From NCBI GenBank assembly GCA_963829055.1, contig CAWHHI010000016.1, positions 704,001 to 768,000 of the forward strand: DNA of 64,000 bases, in the 5' to 3' direction. Each line of letters opens with the position of its first letter. Position 1 is the first letter of the stretch. The notes beneath the pieces were generated by a model. The model ran no database searches. It was not told the DNA's origin and saw only the letters and a program-made list of their open reading frames with translations. This document shows positions 10,878 to 21,008 of this stretch, in pieces. Source of the stretch: an uncultured Gemmatimonadaceae bacterium. GTDB lineage: Bacteria; Gemmatimonadota; Gemmatimonadetes; Gemmatimonadales; Gemmatimonadaceae. The translations under genes were made by a program, and so were the position numbers.

Positions 10878-11103
10878 CGTCGCAGCCCTCCGGATCTGTG
10901 AGTTTGCCGTTCCGCGCACGGCGTCTTGTTGACGCCAGCCGCATCATGGCACGTCGTGGCACCCAACCCCTGGACGTCGAAGACAGACGCAGCAGCACGA
11001 GTCCCATGAGGCCAACGACGGTCAGCGGTGTCGCGAGACTATCGCCGACGGCGAGGGCGAGCAGGAGCAGCGAGATGCTCAGCAGGCCGAGGTATGTGGT
11101 CAT
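10870..11103 (-). CDS. small 2-TM membrane protein
   Basis: GGAG RBS; MTTYLGLLSISLLLLALAVG...LTVVGLMGLVLL; overlaps the start of the downstream Usp. Confidence 0.5.
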   Translation of the reverse strand: MTTYLGLLSISLLLLALAVGDSLATPLTVVGLMGLVLLRLSSTSRGWVPRRAMMRLASTRRRARNGKLTDPEGCDDA

Positions 11104-11165
11104 GGAAGTTTTCTCCGTGATTGGTTCCGGTCCGCCAGTGACGTTCCGGGCATGCGATGGCCGGC

Positions 11166-11513
11166 TTACACGCCGCCACCGCAGCCGACGCAGTACGTCG
11201 CCTCGGGCATAGCGAGCAGCCGTCCGTACGGGATCGGGCTGTGACAACTCACGCAGACTCCGTAGGTCCCCGTCTCGAAGCGGCGCAGCGCCGAGTCGAG
11301 CATCTCGCGCCGATCGAAGATTCGCGTCTCCAGGGCTACGGCGAGTCCGCCCGCGGCGTACGAGCCTCCACGGAGGGGGCTGTCCGTCGACGGCGACGCG
11401 TCGTCTGCTCCTATGCGGGTCGCGATCGAACGCTCCAGGCGTGCGCGCTCGGTCCGCAGTTCCTCTTCGAGGTCCCGCAACTGCGCTTGGGTCAAATGAT
11501 GTGCGGCATTCAT
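11166..11513 (-). CDS. TraR/DksA C4-type zinc-finger protein
   Basis: coiled coil followed by AL.R...GTYGVCVSC...I...RL.A.P.A..CVGC. Confidence 0.9.
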   Translation of the reverse strand: MNAAHHLTQAQLRDLEEELRTERARLERSIATRIGADDASPSTDSPLRGGSYAAGGLAVALETRIFDRREMLDSALRRFETGTYGVCVSCHSPIPYGRLLAMPEATYCVGCGGGV

Positions 11514-11710
11514 CTCAGCCTCCTGCTTCGGAGTAACATCACACTACCAGCGCCCATCCCGGCGAAAAGCACTACCGCCAGAGGGATCGGCACGAATGGG
11601 GCAACACCGACGGCGAGAACGGCCGCGGCAGCGAGCAGTAGAACGGTGAACGCGACTTTCGTTAGGCGTGGCGCACCCTCCCCCGTCACGACGGCTGGTA
11701 GCACCCGCAT
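11510..11710 (-). CDS. small 2-TM membrane protein, translationally coupled
   Basis: TAATG overlap with the upstream gene and ATGA overlap with the DksA-like gene; two hydrophobic helices. Confidence 0.65.
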   Translation of the reverse strand: MRVLPAVVTGEGAPRLTKVAFTVLLLAAAAVLAVGVAPFVPIPLAVVLFAGMGAGSVMLLRSRRLR

Positions 11711-12277
11711 TATGCGGCTGCGCCGTTCGGGACGTCGCTCGTTCCCGCGCTGATGCGCTGAGTGGTCTCGATCACGGTCTCGACGCTCGTCGGCGCGGTC
11801 GATGTCTCATTGGCCGTCGGGACCCCGGGCCGCCACATGGCCCACCGAATTCCCGACTTGCGCAGCGTGCGGTATACCAGATAGGCGATCGCGCGCGTCT
11901 CGCAGCTCGGTAGTGGGCGTCGGGATCATGAGCTCGAACCCGAACGAATCAACGCCGCTCCGACTGTCCGGACCCGGCCTAACGAGAGCTGCGATCGGTC
12001 GGCCGCTTGCGAGGATCATCTCGCTGCGCTCGATCCGTTGAATCGCCAGCGGCTCGATGTCCACCGGAACGGGTCGCGTCCCGTGCGTGCGAGCGAGTCG
12101 GCGCGCAACCGTCCTGTGGGCAACCCAGGCGGCGTGCGCGGCCTCGGTCTCGTCGCCAAACCCGCGAAACCCTACTGCGTTGTCGGCGATCCAGCCTGCC
12201 GCACGGCCGGCGTCGACCAGGTCCAGGTCGAGCGGCGGAGGTAAGGCGAGTCGATCGGGTGCAAGTTGCGTCGTCAT
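11710..12277 (-). CDS. hypothetical protein (paralog family), one frameshift near 11900
   Basis: AGGAGG RBS; after the shift the frame reads AIAYLVYRTLRKSGIRWAMWRP, matching VAYLLYRALRKSGVRWAIWRP of 23200-23871; stop TAA at 11710-11712. Confidence 0.8.
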
Positions 12278-12351
12278 TCGGATCCTCCTGATCTGGTTCG
12301 GTCCATCGCGTACTCGGCGGCACTCCACGCCGCCCGAATATCGCTTGCAAG

Positions 12352-12373
12352 TATTGTCCTTATAAGGACTATA
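12352..12373. promoter_or_regulatory. palindromic operator, putative MarR site
   Basis: TATTGTCCTTATAAGGACTATA with a perfect 14-bp core GTCCTTATAAGGAC; AT-rich island upstream of 12277. Confidence 0.75.
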
Positions 12374-12414
12374 AACACATGGGACTACGTCATCGTGGAT
12401 TGCAGAGGATGGCT

Positions 12415-12897
12415 TTACACCGGCCCTACTTCTGCCGCTTTCTTGAGCAATTTCCTCAACGTCTCGAGCCCTCGCTCGCCGAGCGGCCCGAGCTGACGAG
12501 CGTGCAACGCCGCGACGGGTCCCTCCAGCGTGTCCAGCAGGCGACCTCCCTCGCTCGTGATCCGAGCGGTGACGACCCTGCGGTCCGCGCCCTCCCGCGC
12601 TCGGCGCGCCAGTCCGCGCTGCTCGAGCCGGTCGAGGAGTCGGGTTACGTCGGGGTCACCCGCTGGCGATCGCTCTCCTATTGCCGTCAACGGTGTACCG
12701 TCGGCGCCGGCGTCCTGAAGGATGCGCAGCACGTGGTACTGCTCCGGCGTAATGCCGGCCGGCCTGAGCAACGTCGCGAGCTCGTGAATCAGCTCGCCTG
12801 ACAAGTGTTGGAGGAGCAGGTAGATCTCCCGCTCCAATGTCTCCGCCGTCTCGAACCGCCACGTACGCCTTGTTGCGTCCTTGGGCTGTGCACGCAC
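12415..12897 (-). CDS. MarR-family transcriptional regulator
   Basis: GITPEQYHVLRIL, DVTRLLDRLEQRGL, DRRVV..RITSEG; start placed at in-frame GTG 12897, downstream of the promoter. Confidence 0.92.
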   Translation of the reverse strand: MRAQPKDATRRTWRFETAETLEREIYLLLQHLSGELIHELATLLRPAGITPEQYHVLRILQDAGADGTPLTAIGERSPAGDPDVTRLLDRLEQRGLARRAREGADRRVVTARITSEGGRLLDTLEGPVAALHARQLGPLGERGLETLRKLLKKAAEVGPV

Positions 12898-12939
12898 GGT
12901 CGGGTCCGGTGAAGGAACCAGCGCAAAGTAGTCTAGCAA

Positions 12940-12968
12940 AGGATAGTCCTTATAACGAGCATTGTCAA
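12940..12968 (-). promoter_or_regulatory. sigma70 promoter of marR with an operator copy in the spacer
   Basis: minus strand TTGACA-atgctcgttataaggac(17 nt)-TATCCT; the spacer carries the operator variant. Confidence 0.75.
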
Positions 12969-13334
12969 CCTCTGGTGTCGATTGTCCCGCGCAGTGACGT
13001 GGCCGCTGCGACCTCCACAGTGGCTGGGCGAGCGCGCCTCGCATGTGATGCGACGACCAACACGACGATGTCGACGATGCACTCGACGTTAGGCGCCCCT
13101 GCCAGCGCGGGGAACAGGGCGAGAACGTCGGCACCATGGCAATGTAGCCAGCAAGGATTCTGTCTCGGAACAGCCACCGGCCGTTTGGGGCAGGCCATGG
13201 TAGCCGGAGCGGTCTGGCACTTGCGACCGTCACGTCCTCGTCTGGAGTCTCCGGCGGCGCGCCTGTTGCAGCGCCGGTAGCCGATGCCGATGACCAGAGC
13301 AGCGCGACTTAGCCGTCAGAGGGAGGCAGCGGAC

Positions 13335-13835
13335 GTGAACCAGACACCAGCCGCACGGTCTCGGATCTCGAGCGGTGCATCGCGCGAGCCCACCCGCACG
13401 CGAAACGCTGGAAGGCGAGAACCACTCGCGGATCAGGTGCCCAGGCCAGTGAAGCGGACCGCTGGTCGAGCCCCTGCACCGCTGACGCCCGCGAATATCC
13501 GAGTCGACGGGGTCACCCTTGATGTGGAGGATCGGGCATACATCCGGCGAAGACTCGGCGAAAAGCTCGGGAAGTATGCGAGATCCATCGAGCGCGTCAC
13601 CGTCAGGGTGCGCGACGTCAACGGCCCGCGCGGTGGGATCGACCTCCTGTGCCGCATCAAGGTGGTCCTGAGCGGCCTTCCGAGCGTGGTCGTCGAGCAC
13701 CAAGCCGCCCTCCTCAAACCTGCGCTCACGCGTGCCCTCACCGGAGCGGAGCGAACCGTGCGGCAAACGGTACAGCGCAAACGCATGCGACCCATCAGGT
13801 CGGCGGCCGGCCGCGAAGTCGGACAGGGTCGCTGA
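13335..13835 (+). CDS. HPF/RaiA-like ribosome-associated protein with basic N-terminal extension
   Basis: R.YIRRRL..KL.KY...IERV.VRVRDVNGPRGG.D..CRI; GGGAGG RBS before GTG 13335. Confidence 0.8.
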   Translation: MNQTPAARSRISSGASREPTRTRNAGRREPLADQVPRPVKRTAGRAPAPLTPANIRVDGVTLDVEDRAYIRRRLGEKLGKYARSIERVTVRVRDVNGPRGGIDLLCRIKVVLSGLPSVVVEHQAALLKPALTRALTGAERTVRQTVQRKRMRPIRSAAGREVGQGR

Positions 13836-13878
13836 CCCCGAACGCGATGAAGTTCTGATCCAAGATCAAGGAGCAGCT

Positions 13879-14280
13879 ATGCGAGTCGCAGACCTGATGC
13901 AGAAGAATGTGAGGGCGATTGCCCCCGAGGCCACTGTCGCCGAGCTCGTGCAGGCGATGGCGGATTCACGCGTGTCCGGCCTGCCAGTCGTGACGCCGAC
14001 AGGGCGCGTGGTGGGGGTGGTCTCGGCCACTGACGTGCTGCAGGCAGGCGCGGAGCAGGAGGACGCGACGGCACGTGAGAATCTGTTCGAGCACCACATG
14101 GTGCGCGACCTCATGACGCCGAACCCGTACGTCATTCAGCCGGATGCCGACGTGCGTGAGGCCGCCAAGCACATGCTGTACGCCGACGTTCGACGCCTGT
14201 TCGTGGAAGACCAGGGGCGGCTGGTCGGCGTCATTTCGCAAACAGACATCGCGCACGCCGTCGGCACTGGACGCATATAA
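13879..14280 (+). CDS. CBS domain pair protein
   Basis: AAGGAG RBS; V.DLM, SGLPVV...G.VVGVVS.TD, VRDLMT, RL.V...GRLVGVIS.TDI. Confidence 0.92.
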   Translation: MRVADLMQKNVRAIAPEATVAELVQAMADSRVSGLPVVTPTGRVVGVVSATDVLQAGAEQEDATARENLFEHHMVRDLMTPNPYVIQPDADVREAAKHMLYADVRRLFVEDQGRLVGVISQTDIAHAVGTGRI

Positions 14281-14311
14281 GCACGAGAACCACGGCGATC
14301 GGCCGTCGGCT

Positions 14312-15223
14312 ATGAGCACCGCAGATGCTGTTGGGGCGACTCGTCGCGCGCTTGTCGGTCCGCTCCTTGTCGCGGGAGAGGACGCGAGTCGTATGGACGG
14401 TGCGCTACACGTGGCGCAATTGCTCGCGCGCCGGGACCGCGTCAACGCACACGTGCTCACTGTCGTCCGGCCGCTGGCGCTCCCGGCCTCGCTCTTTGCC
14501 GCCGTTGACCAGGACGCGTGGGCGGAGGTTCGGCGGCAACAACAACTCGCATCCGTTCGACAGCGGCTGCACGAGACCGTGGGGCGGACGGCGTACTTCA
14601 GCGTCAGCGCGGAGAGCGGCAGCCGCGCGCCCGTGATCGCGCGCGCCGCGCGGGAGCGCGGCGCGGAGTTGATCATCGTCGGCATCGACGCGCACGGCGC
14701 ATCCCGCCGCGCGGAGACAGAGGACGCCGCACTGCAGGTGACGAGGACGGCAGACGTGCCGGTCGTCGCCGTCCCGCCTAACGTCGCTCTGCTTCCGCGC
14801 CGCGCTCTGGTCGCGATGGACTTCAGCGAGGCCAGCGCCAGCGCGGCGCGCGCGGCGGCCCTCATGCTCGCCAGCGGCGGCACTCTGACGCTCGCGCACG
14901 TCGCGCCGGACATCGACTTCCGCGAGATGGGGAAGGTCGGGTGGGAACAGATCTACGACAGCGGCGTCGCTGGCTTGTTCGAGCAGCTCGTCGGCGAGCT
15001 GCGCATTCCGGGCGAGTTGGACGTAGATACCGTCCTGGTGCGCGGCGACGCGTCCACACACCTCCTGGGTCTCGCGGCCCGCGGCGCTTTCGAGCTCGTC
15101 GCGGCGGGCTCGCAGGCGACGCCGTGGGTGGAGTGGCACCTCACTGGCAGCGTCTCAACGAGTCTCCTGCGCGGCGCGCGCTGCCCCGTCCTGATTGCGC
15201 CACCTCCGAACGCACGTAGATGA
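14312..15223 (+). CDS. universal stress protein (tandem Usp domains)
   Basis: ELIIVG, VPVVAVP, ALVAMDFS..S, GSVSTSLLRGARCPVLI. Confidence 0.9.
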   Translation: MSTADAVGATRRALVGPLLVAGEDASRMDGALHVAQLLARRDRVNAHVLTVVRPLALPASLFAAVDQDAWAEVRRQQQLASVRQRLHETVGRTAYFSVSAESGSRAPVIARAARERGAELIIVGIDAHGASRRAETEDAALQVTRTADVPVVAVPPNVALLPRRALVAMDFSEASASAARAAALMLASGGTLTLAHVAPDIDFREMGKVGWEQIYDSGVAGLFEQLVGELRIPGELDVDTVLVRGDASTHLLGLAARGAFELVAAGSQATPWVEWHLTGSVSTSLLRGARCPVLIAPPPNARR

Positions 15224-15259
15224 CCGCGGTCGCATTGACCGTGCGTCGCGGCAGCTGCA

Positions 15260-15450
15260 TCATCGTGCACACCAAGTCGCCCCTCGAGCATGGCTCGGGT
15301 AGCGACGAGATGCAGGCGCTCACCACGCTTCACTTCATGACCCGACTCGGCGAAGCCAGCGAGGTCGCGCATCTCGTGCACTTCTTGGCGTCGGGACCGG
15401 GCGTCATTCCTCACCGCGGCATATTTCACCGTCGCTGGCGGGATCTCGTG
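15260..15450 (+). pseudogene. C-terminal fragment of an SDR oxidoreductase
   Basis: LH.M.RLGEASEVAHLVHFLAS, then (shifted frame) DRASFLTAAYFTVAGG; resembles the SDR tail HPLGRLGQPEEVA.LV.FLLSDEASFMTGGYYLVDGG; no N-terminal domain. Confidence 0.6.
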
Positions 15451-15623
15451 CGGGAGAGCAGTCGTCGTGACGACCGCTCCTGCCGTGGAGCAGGCCGGTG
15501 CCGATCGCTGTGGATGATGGTGCGAGTACGATCGAGGTCGGGGAGACCGTTTGAGGATCCAAGCCCTCAGCAACGTCGGTTTATTCGGGACGCAAGCCAC
15601 GACCTGGAGATAGGGAGACCGAC

Positions 15624-16593
15624 ATGGCTGGGTTCACCAATCTGCTCTTCTGCGTTACAGACGATGACGACGCCTCCGTTCGGTATGTGGCGCGACTTGC
15701 GGCACCAACGAGCGCCCGCCTAACGATCGCCGACGTCATCGAGGACGTCCCTCCGATCGCGCGCCGACTCCTTCCGCGCAGCTGGAATCTCCCTGCTCTG
15801 GTGCGCGCGCAGAAGCAAGCCCGCATAGAGAGCACCGCTGCCATAGCCCGGCGCCTCGGCGTCGTGCCGAAAACCGTGCTGTTGACCGGATCTCCGATCA
15901 AAGCACTCGTCCGGGAAGTGCTGCGCGGCGGACACGATCTACTCGCAGCGGGCGCGGCGTCCTCGGGCTCGGTGGAATGCATCGGAGCATCTGCCACGCG
16001 TCTAATGCGCGAGGCCCCATGTCCGGTATTGCTGGTACACCCCGCTCGCCGCTGGCGCCGACCCCGAGTACTCGTCGCAATCGATACTGGCCCGTGGGTC
16101 TCGAAACGCACAAGCGCGCTGACTGCGAAACTCATCAAGACTGGACTCTGGATCGCTGCGAAGCACGGAGGTGAGTTGCACGTGCTGCATGCGTGGGTCC
16201 CGTACGGAGAACGGATGCTAACGCGCGCCGGAGTGTCGGACGCCGAGGCCCGGCGCTTCCTGGCCGGTCAACGCGAGGAGGTACGCCAGGAGGAGCTGGA
16301 GCCGCACGCTCGCCCCGTTCCGCGCGCACATTTCCCCGGCGCGCGTGCACCTCGTGAAGGGAGACCCGAGAGTCGCGATCGGGGACTTCGCGACCAGTCA
16401 TCGGATCGACATCCTCGTCATTGGAACCGTAGCCCGATCCGGCATCGCCGGCCACATCATTGGCAATACCGCCGAGGCGGTGCTGAGCCAACTTCCGTGC
16501 TCGATGCTCGTCGTGAAACCTGATGCTGGGCGAGGCGGGCGATCGAGGCACAAATCGGCCAGTCGCTCCGGGGAACGCGTTGACCTCCCCTGA
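15624..16593 (+). CDS. UspE-like universal stress protein, frameshift near 16300
   Basis: TRLMREAPCPVLLV, VLVAID, LHVLHAW; second frame HLVKGDP...IDILVIGTVARSGIAGHIIGNTAEAVL.QLPCSMLVVKP. Confidence 0.85.
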
Positions 16594-16685
16594 TAGTCGC
16601 GGTCACCACGACAGGCTGAAAGTCTCAGCAGCGCGCCAGGCCGGTCTCGTCTCCTCGGTCGCGCCGGAACCCGGTCGTTAGGCAT

Positions 16686-17387
16686 ATGCAAATCATTCCC
16701 GACGAGAAGGTCATCATCGCGGGGTTCCTGGTCGCGTTCGACCTCCTCGGCACCTTCGTCTTTGCGCTGAGCGGGGCCGTGGCCGGGATCCGACATCGGC
16801 TGGACCTGTTCGGCGTGCTGGTGCTCTCGTTCGCGGCCGCCGCCGCGGGCGGGATCCTCCGCGACGTGCTGATCGGCATGGAGATGCCGGCCGCGATTCG
16901 CGACTGGCGCTATGTCGCCGTGTCGGCGCTCGCAGGACTCGTCACGTTTTACCGGCCATCTGGGATTCACCGGTTCCGGAACGCGGTGCTGTGGTTCGAC
17001 GCGGCGGGGCTTGCGCTCTTCGCGGTCACGGGGACCAGCAAGGCGCTCGCGTATCACGTCAATCCAGTCTCGGCAGCGCTGCTCGGCATGCTCACGGGAA
17101 TCGGGGGCGGCGTTATGCGTGACGTGCTCGTGTCCGAAGTCCCCACTGTGTTCCGCGCCGAGCTGTACGCCCTCACCGCCCTCGCCGGCGCGGCCGTGGT
17201 GGTCGCCGGCCACCTGCTCCGCCTCCCGGATGGCGCGGTCGCGACCGCGGGCGCGGTCCTATGCTTCGCGCTTCGCTTCATGGGCATTCGACACGGTTGG
17301 CGGCTTCCACTCGCCCCCGGAGTCGAACAATTCTCTGCACCAACGCCACCGGCCGGCAACACGCCCCACGACGACGCGGGACGCTGA
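16686..17387 (+). CDS. TRIC/UPF0126 (YadS-like) membrane protein
   Basis: DLLGTFVFALSGA...DLFGV, GGILRDVLIG, DAAGL..F...G, TGIGGGVMRDVL, ELYA. Confidence 0.9.
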   Translation: MQIIPDEKVIIAGFLVAFDLLGTFVFALSGAVAGIRHRLDLFGVLVLSFAAAAAGGILRDVLIGMEMPAAIRDWRYVAVSALAGLVTFYRPSGIHRFRNAVLWFDAAGLALFAVTGTSKALAYHVNPVSAALLGMLTGIGGGVMRDVLVSEVPTVFRAELYALTALAGAAVVVAGHLLRLPDGAVATAGAVLCFALRFMGIRHGWRLPLAPGVEQFSAPTPPAGNTPHDDAGR

Positions 17388-17461
17388 GGCGACTCGGGGC
17401 CACCCGTGACCATAACGTTCCACGACCGCCGCGTATCGGTCCAATGCGTTGCCGTATGTAG

Positions 17462-18217
17462 TCAGACCGCGGTGTAGCCCCCGTCCACCAGGTAGTACCC
17501 TCCCGTCATGAACGACGCTTCGTCGGACAGGAGGAAGCAGACGAGCGAAGCGACCTCCTCAGGTTGTCCGAGCCTGCCAAGAGGATGCCGCGCGACGAGC
17601 GCGCTTTTCTGGTCGGCAGGAAGGTTCGCCAGGAGCGGCGTCTCGATGTACGCGGGGCCCACGCAGTTGACTCTGAGCCCTTGCGGCCCGTACTCCGCAG
17701 CCGCGTTTCTGGTCAGACCGACGACACCGTGCTTGGCGGCGGTGTACGCTCCGTTTCCGACCGCCGCAACCATGCCGTGGATCGAGGCCATGTTGACGAT
17801 CGCGGAGTTGCGCGCACCCGCTTTCAGCATCGCGGGTATCTGGTAACGCATGCCGTACAGCACGCCATTCAGGTTGATGTTGATGACGCGGTCCCAATCC
17901 GCGAGATCGACCTCCCCGGCCGGGGCCGCGGCCCCACCAATGCCGGCGTTGTTGACCGCGTAGTGCAGCGCGCCGTAGGTGGACACTGCGTGGGACACCA
18001 CCCGCTCGTTGTCCTCGGCTTTCGCGGTGTCGTGCTCGACGGCGCTGGCGGTGCCGCCCGCATCCGCGATTTCGTGCGCCACTCGTTCGGCGCCCTTCAG
18101 GTTGATGTCCGAAACGACAACTTTGACGCCTTTGCTCACGAGCGCCTTCGCGATCGCCTCGCCGATTCCGGAGCCTCCGCCCGTGACGATCGCAACCTTC
18201 CCATCAAGCCCTCTCAT
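17462..18217 (-). CDS. SDR family NAD(P)-dependent oxidoreductase
   Basis: TGGGSGIG, NNAG, YTAAK, VDGGY; GGAGGG RBS. Confidence 0.95.
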   Translation of the reverse strand: MRGLDGKVAIVTGGGSGIGEAIAKALVSKGVKVVVSDINLKGAERVAHEIADAGGTASAVEHDTAKAEDNERVVSHAVSTYGALHYAVNNAGIGGAAAPAGEVDLADWDRVININLNGVLYGMRYQIPAMLKAGARNSAIVNMASIHGMVAAVGNGAYTAAKHGVVGLTRNAAAEYGPQGLRVNCVGPAYIETPLLANLPADQKSALVARHPLGRLGQPEEVASLVCFLLSDEASFMTGGYYLVDGGYTAV

Positions 18218-18310
18218 GTCGCCCTCCATGAGTCTCAGGTGAATAGCCAGAAGGAGTCTGAGTCGGTGTGAATACCTCCCGATCGTTAGGCTGGAAACGA
18301 TGGGACGGTG

Positions 18311-19479
18311 TCAGCGCAGGTAGCCTTCCGTCAGGGCTACCCAGTACGCGGCTCCTTTTGGCAGGATGCCCTGGTTCAGGATGAATTGCGGGTGATGCAC
18401 CATCGGCGTGTCACCGTTGCCGATGAAGCAGTAGGTGCCCTTCTTCTCCTGCAGCATGAAGGCGAAGTCCTCCGAGCCCAGAAACGTGGGCCCCGGGATA
18501 GACGACATTGTCCTCGCCGAAGGCGGCCCGCGCGATTTCGGCCGCCCGGAGGGTCTCCTCCTTGTCGTTGACGAGGACCGCCCCCGGCACGCCCTCGCGG
18601 ATCTCGTACGTGCAGCCATACCCCTCGGCCTGCGTCCGCGTTAGGTCGCGTACCTTGTTGAGCACCAACTCTCGATCGGCGGGCGTCTTGGTACGGATCG
18701 ACAGGCGCAGGATTGCGGACTGCGCGATGACGTTGCCAGCATTGCCCGACAGGAACGCGCCGACCGTCACCACCGCGCTGTTGTGCGGCGAGACGTTACG
18801 CGACACGATCGTCTGCAGCGCCATCACGAGCGAGGATCCAGCGACCACCGGGTCGATGCTCAGCTCGGGCATCGAGCCATGCCCACCCTTGCCCGTCAGT
18901 TCGATCTCCCAGTTGTCGACCGCCGCCATGACGTCGCCATGGGCAAAGTACAGTTTGCCCAACTCGAGCCCGGGCATGTTGTGCATGCCGAAAACCGCGT
19001 CGACCGGAAAGCGGGCGAACAGCCCATCCCTGATCATCGCCGGACCACCTTCCATCGTCTCCTCACCGGGCTGGAAAATCAGCCGGACCGTCCCGTTGAA
19101 GTTCCTGGTCTCGGCGAGGTACTTGCCCGCGGCGAGCAGCATGGTGGTGTGCCCGTCATGACCGCACAGATGTGCAACGCCCTCGACCCCGCTCTTGTAG
19201 TCGAGGGTATTGACCTCCTGGATCGGCAGCGCGTCGAAATCCGCGCGTAACCCGATCGCCTTGCCGCCGTCCCCAACGGTCATCGAGGCGACGATGCCGT
19301 GCTTGCCGATGCCGGTTTCGACGTCGTATCCCCAGTGCCTAACGGCGCTCGCGATGTATTCCGCGGTTTCCTGCTCCTGCATCGACAGCTCTGGGTTGCG
19401 ATGCATGTGCTCGAACCACTCCTTCATCTGCGCCGTGATCCGCTTCCAGCGCCTCGAGCAGCGTGTTCATGGTTTTCAT
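18311..19479 (-). CDS. M20 family amidohydrolase (hippuricase-like), frameshifts near 19440 and 18495
   Basis: H..PELS.QE, LRADFDALPI, HLCGHDGH, FQPGEE, GKGGHG, GSEDF, HHPQF; ATGA overlap with the MFS gene. Confidence 0.9.
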
Positions 19480-20974
19480 GGTAACGCCTCCCTGTCGGGC
19501 TTCCGCTTCGGGATCGTCACCATGATCGAGACGATCGCCGCCACCACCATCAGCAGATTGATCGCCAGCGCGAAGAACGCCGCCTGGCGCACGGCGAGAT
19601 TGTCCTGCCGGCCGATATAGCTGATCACACCCTCGATCCACGCGATCGAGCGGTTGCTGCCGCTCAGCGCCGTGAAGACAGTGGCCGAGATGGCGACACC
19701 GAACGACGCGCCTAACGATGACGCCATCTTGTAAATCCCGGCACCACTACCGGCCTGGTGTCGGGCAACGCGGACAGCGCCGCGTCCGTGGACGGCGTCG
19801 CGTAGAACGCGAGGCCGAGGCCGAACAACGTGAAGCCCACGACCGCGAGGACCTTGTAGGTGCCAAGCGTTAGGTTGGTCGGCAACAGACACGCGATGGA
19901 GGCGCCCACGATCAGCGATCCCCAGATCATCGGCCGCCGCGGACCGAACCGCTGCAGCAGCTTCTCGCCAACTCGGATGAACGCCACGATGGCGATGGCA
20001 TAGCCGATCGTCAGGAACCCGGCCTCCTGCGCCGTCATCCCGCCCCCGACCTGCACCAGCATCATCGCCACGATCAGGATGCCGGCAGTTGCGTTGAGCA
20101 GGAAGTTCGAGATCGTGGCGCCGGTGTAGGTCATGTTCCGGAACAGCTTGAAGTCGACGAAGCCGTTGGGGTTGTTGGACTCGATTCGGAAGAACAGCAC
20201 GGCGAAGATGACGCTGGCCGCGAGGAGTCCCAGCGTCGGCAGGCTGGTCCACCCCATGGTCCCGCCCTGAGTGGCCAACACCTGGAGCGAGACCATCATG
20301 ACCATGAAAGTCAGGACTCCCGCGGTGTCGAACTTGTACGCCCCGGTCGACTCGGCTTTGCTCTCGGGCGTTCCGGCTACCATGAGCATTCCGACCAGCG
20401 AGATCGCCGCCGCGGCGAAGAAGATCCAGCGCCAACCGATGTTCGCGGCCATGAGGCCCCCGAAGAGCGCAGCAAAGCCAGAACCGCCCCAGGAGCCTAT
20501 GGACCAGAGCGAGACCGCCCGCTGGCGCGCCGCCCCATGCCAGTACGCCTTCACGAGGGCGAGGCTGGCCGACATGATGAACGCGCCTGACAGTCCCTGA
20601 AGGATTCGACCGAACATCAGGAACGCCGAGGCAAGGCTGCCGGATGGCGCGAACCCGACCAGCAGCGAACCGATGATGCTGAGGACGAAGCCGATCTGCA
20701 CCATCTTCACGCGGCCGAAGCGGTCGGCCAGGCTGCCGACGACGACGATGAAAATGCCGGAGAACAGCGCCGTGATCGACACGGCGATGTTCATCACGCT
20801 GGTCTCGATCCCGAGATCATCCGCCATCACCGGCGAGATGTTCAGCGTCGTCTGCGCAAACAGCCAGAACGCGAGAACGCCGAAGATGATGCCGAACAGG
20901 ACACGATCATTCCCGACGAACCGCGCGCTTTCGTTCATCTGGGACGGTTGCGTGGCCATCGCCGCCTCTTTCAT
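19476..20974 (-). CDS. 14-TM MFS transporter (NorB-like DHA2), frameshift near 19750
   Basis: FWLFAQTTLN, G.LADRFGR, GRILQGLS, WSIGSWGGSG, TPSTD, (shift) GIYKMASSLG. Confidence 0.88.
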
Positions 20975-21008
20975 AGCGTCTCCCATTGTTGGCTCCGGGA
21001 TGTAGGCC

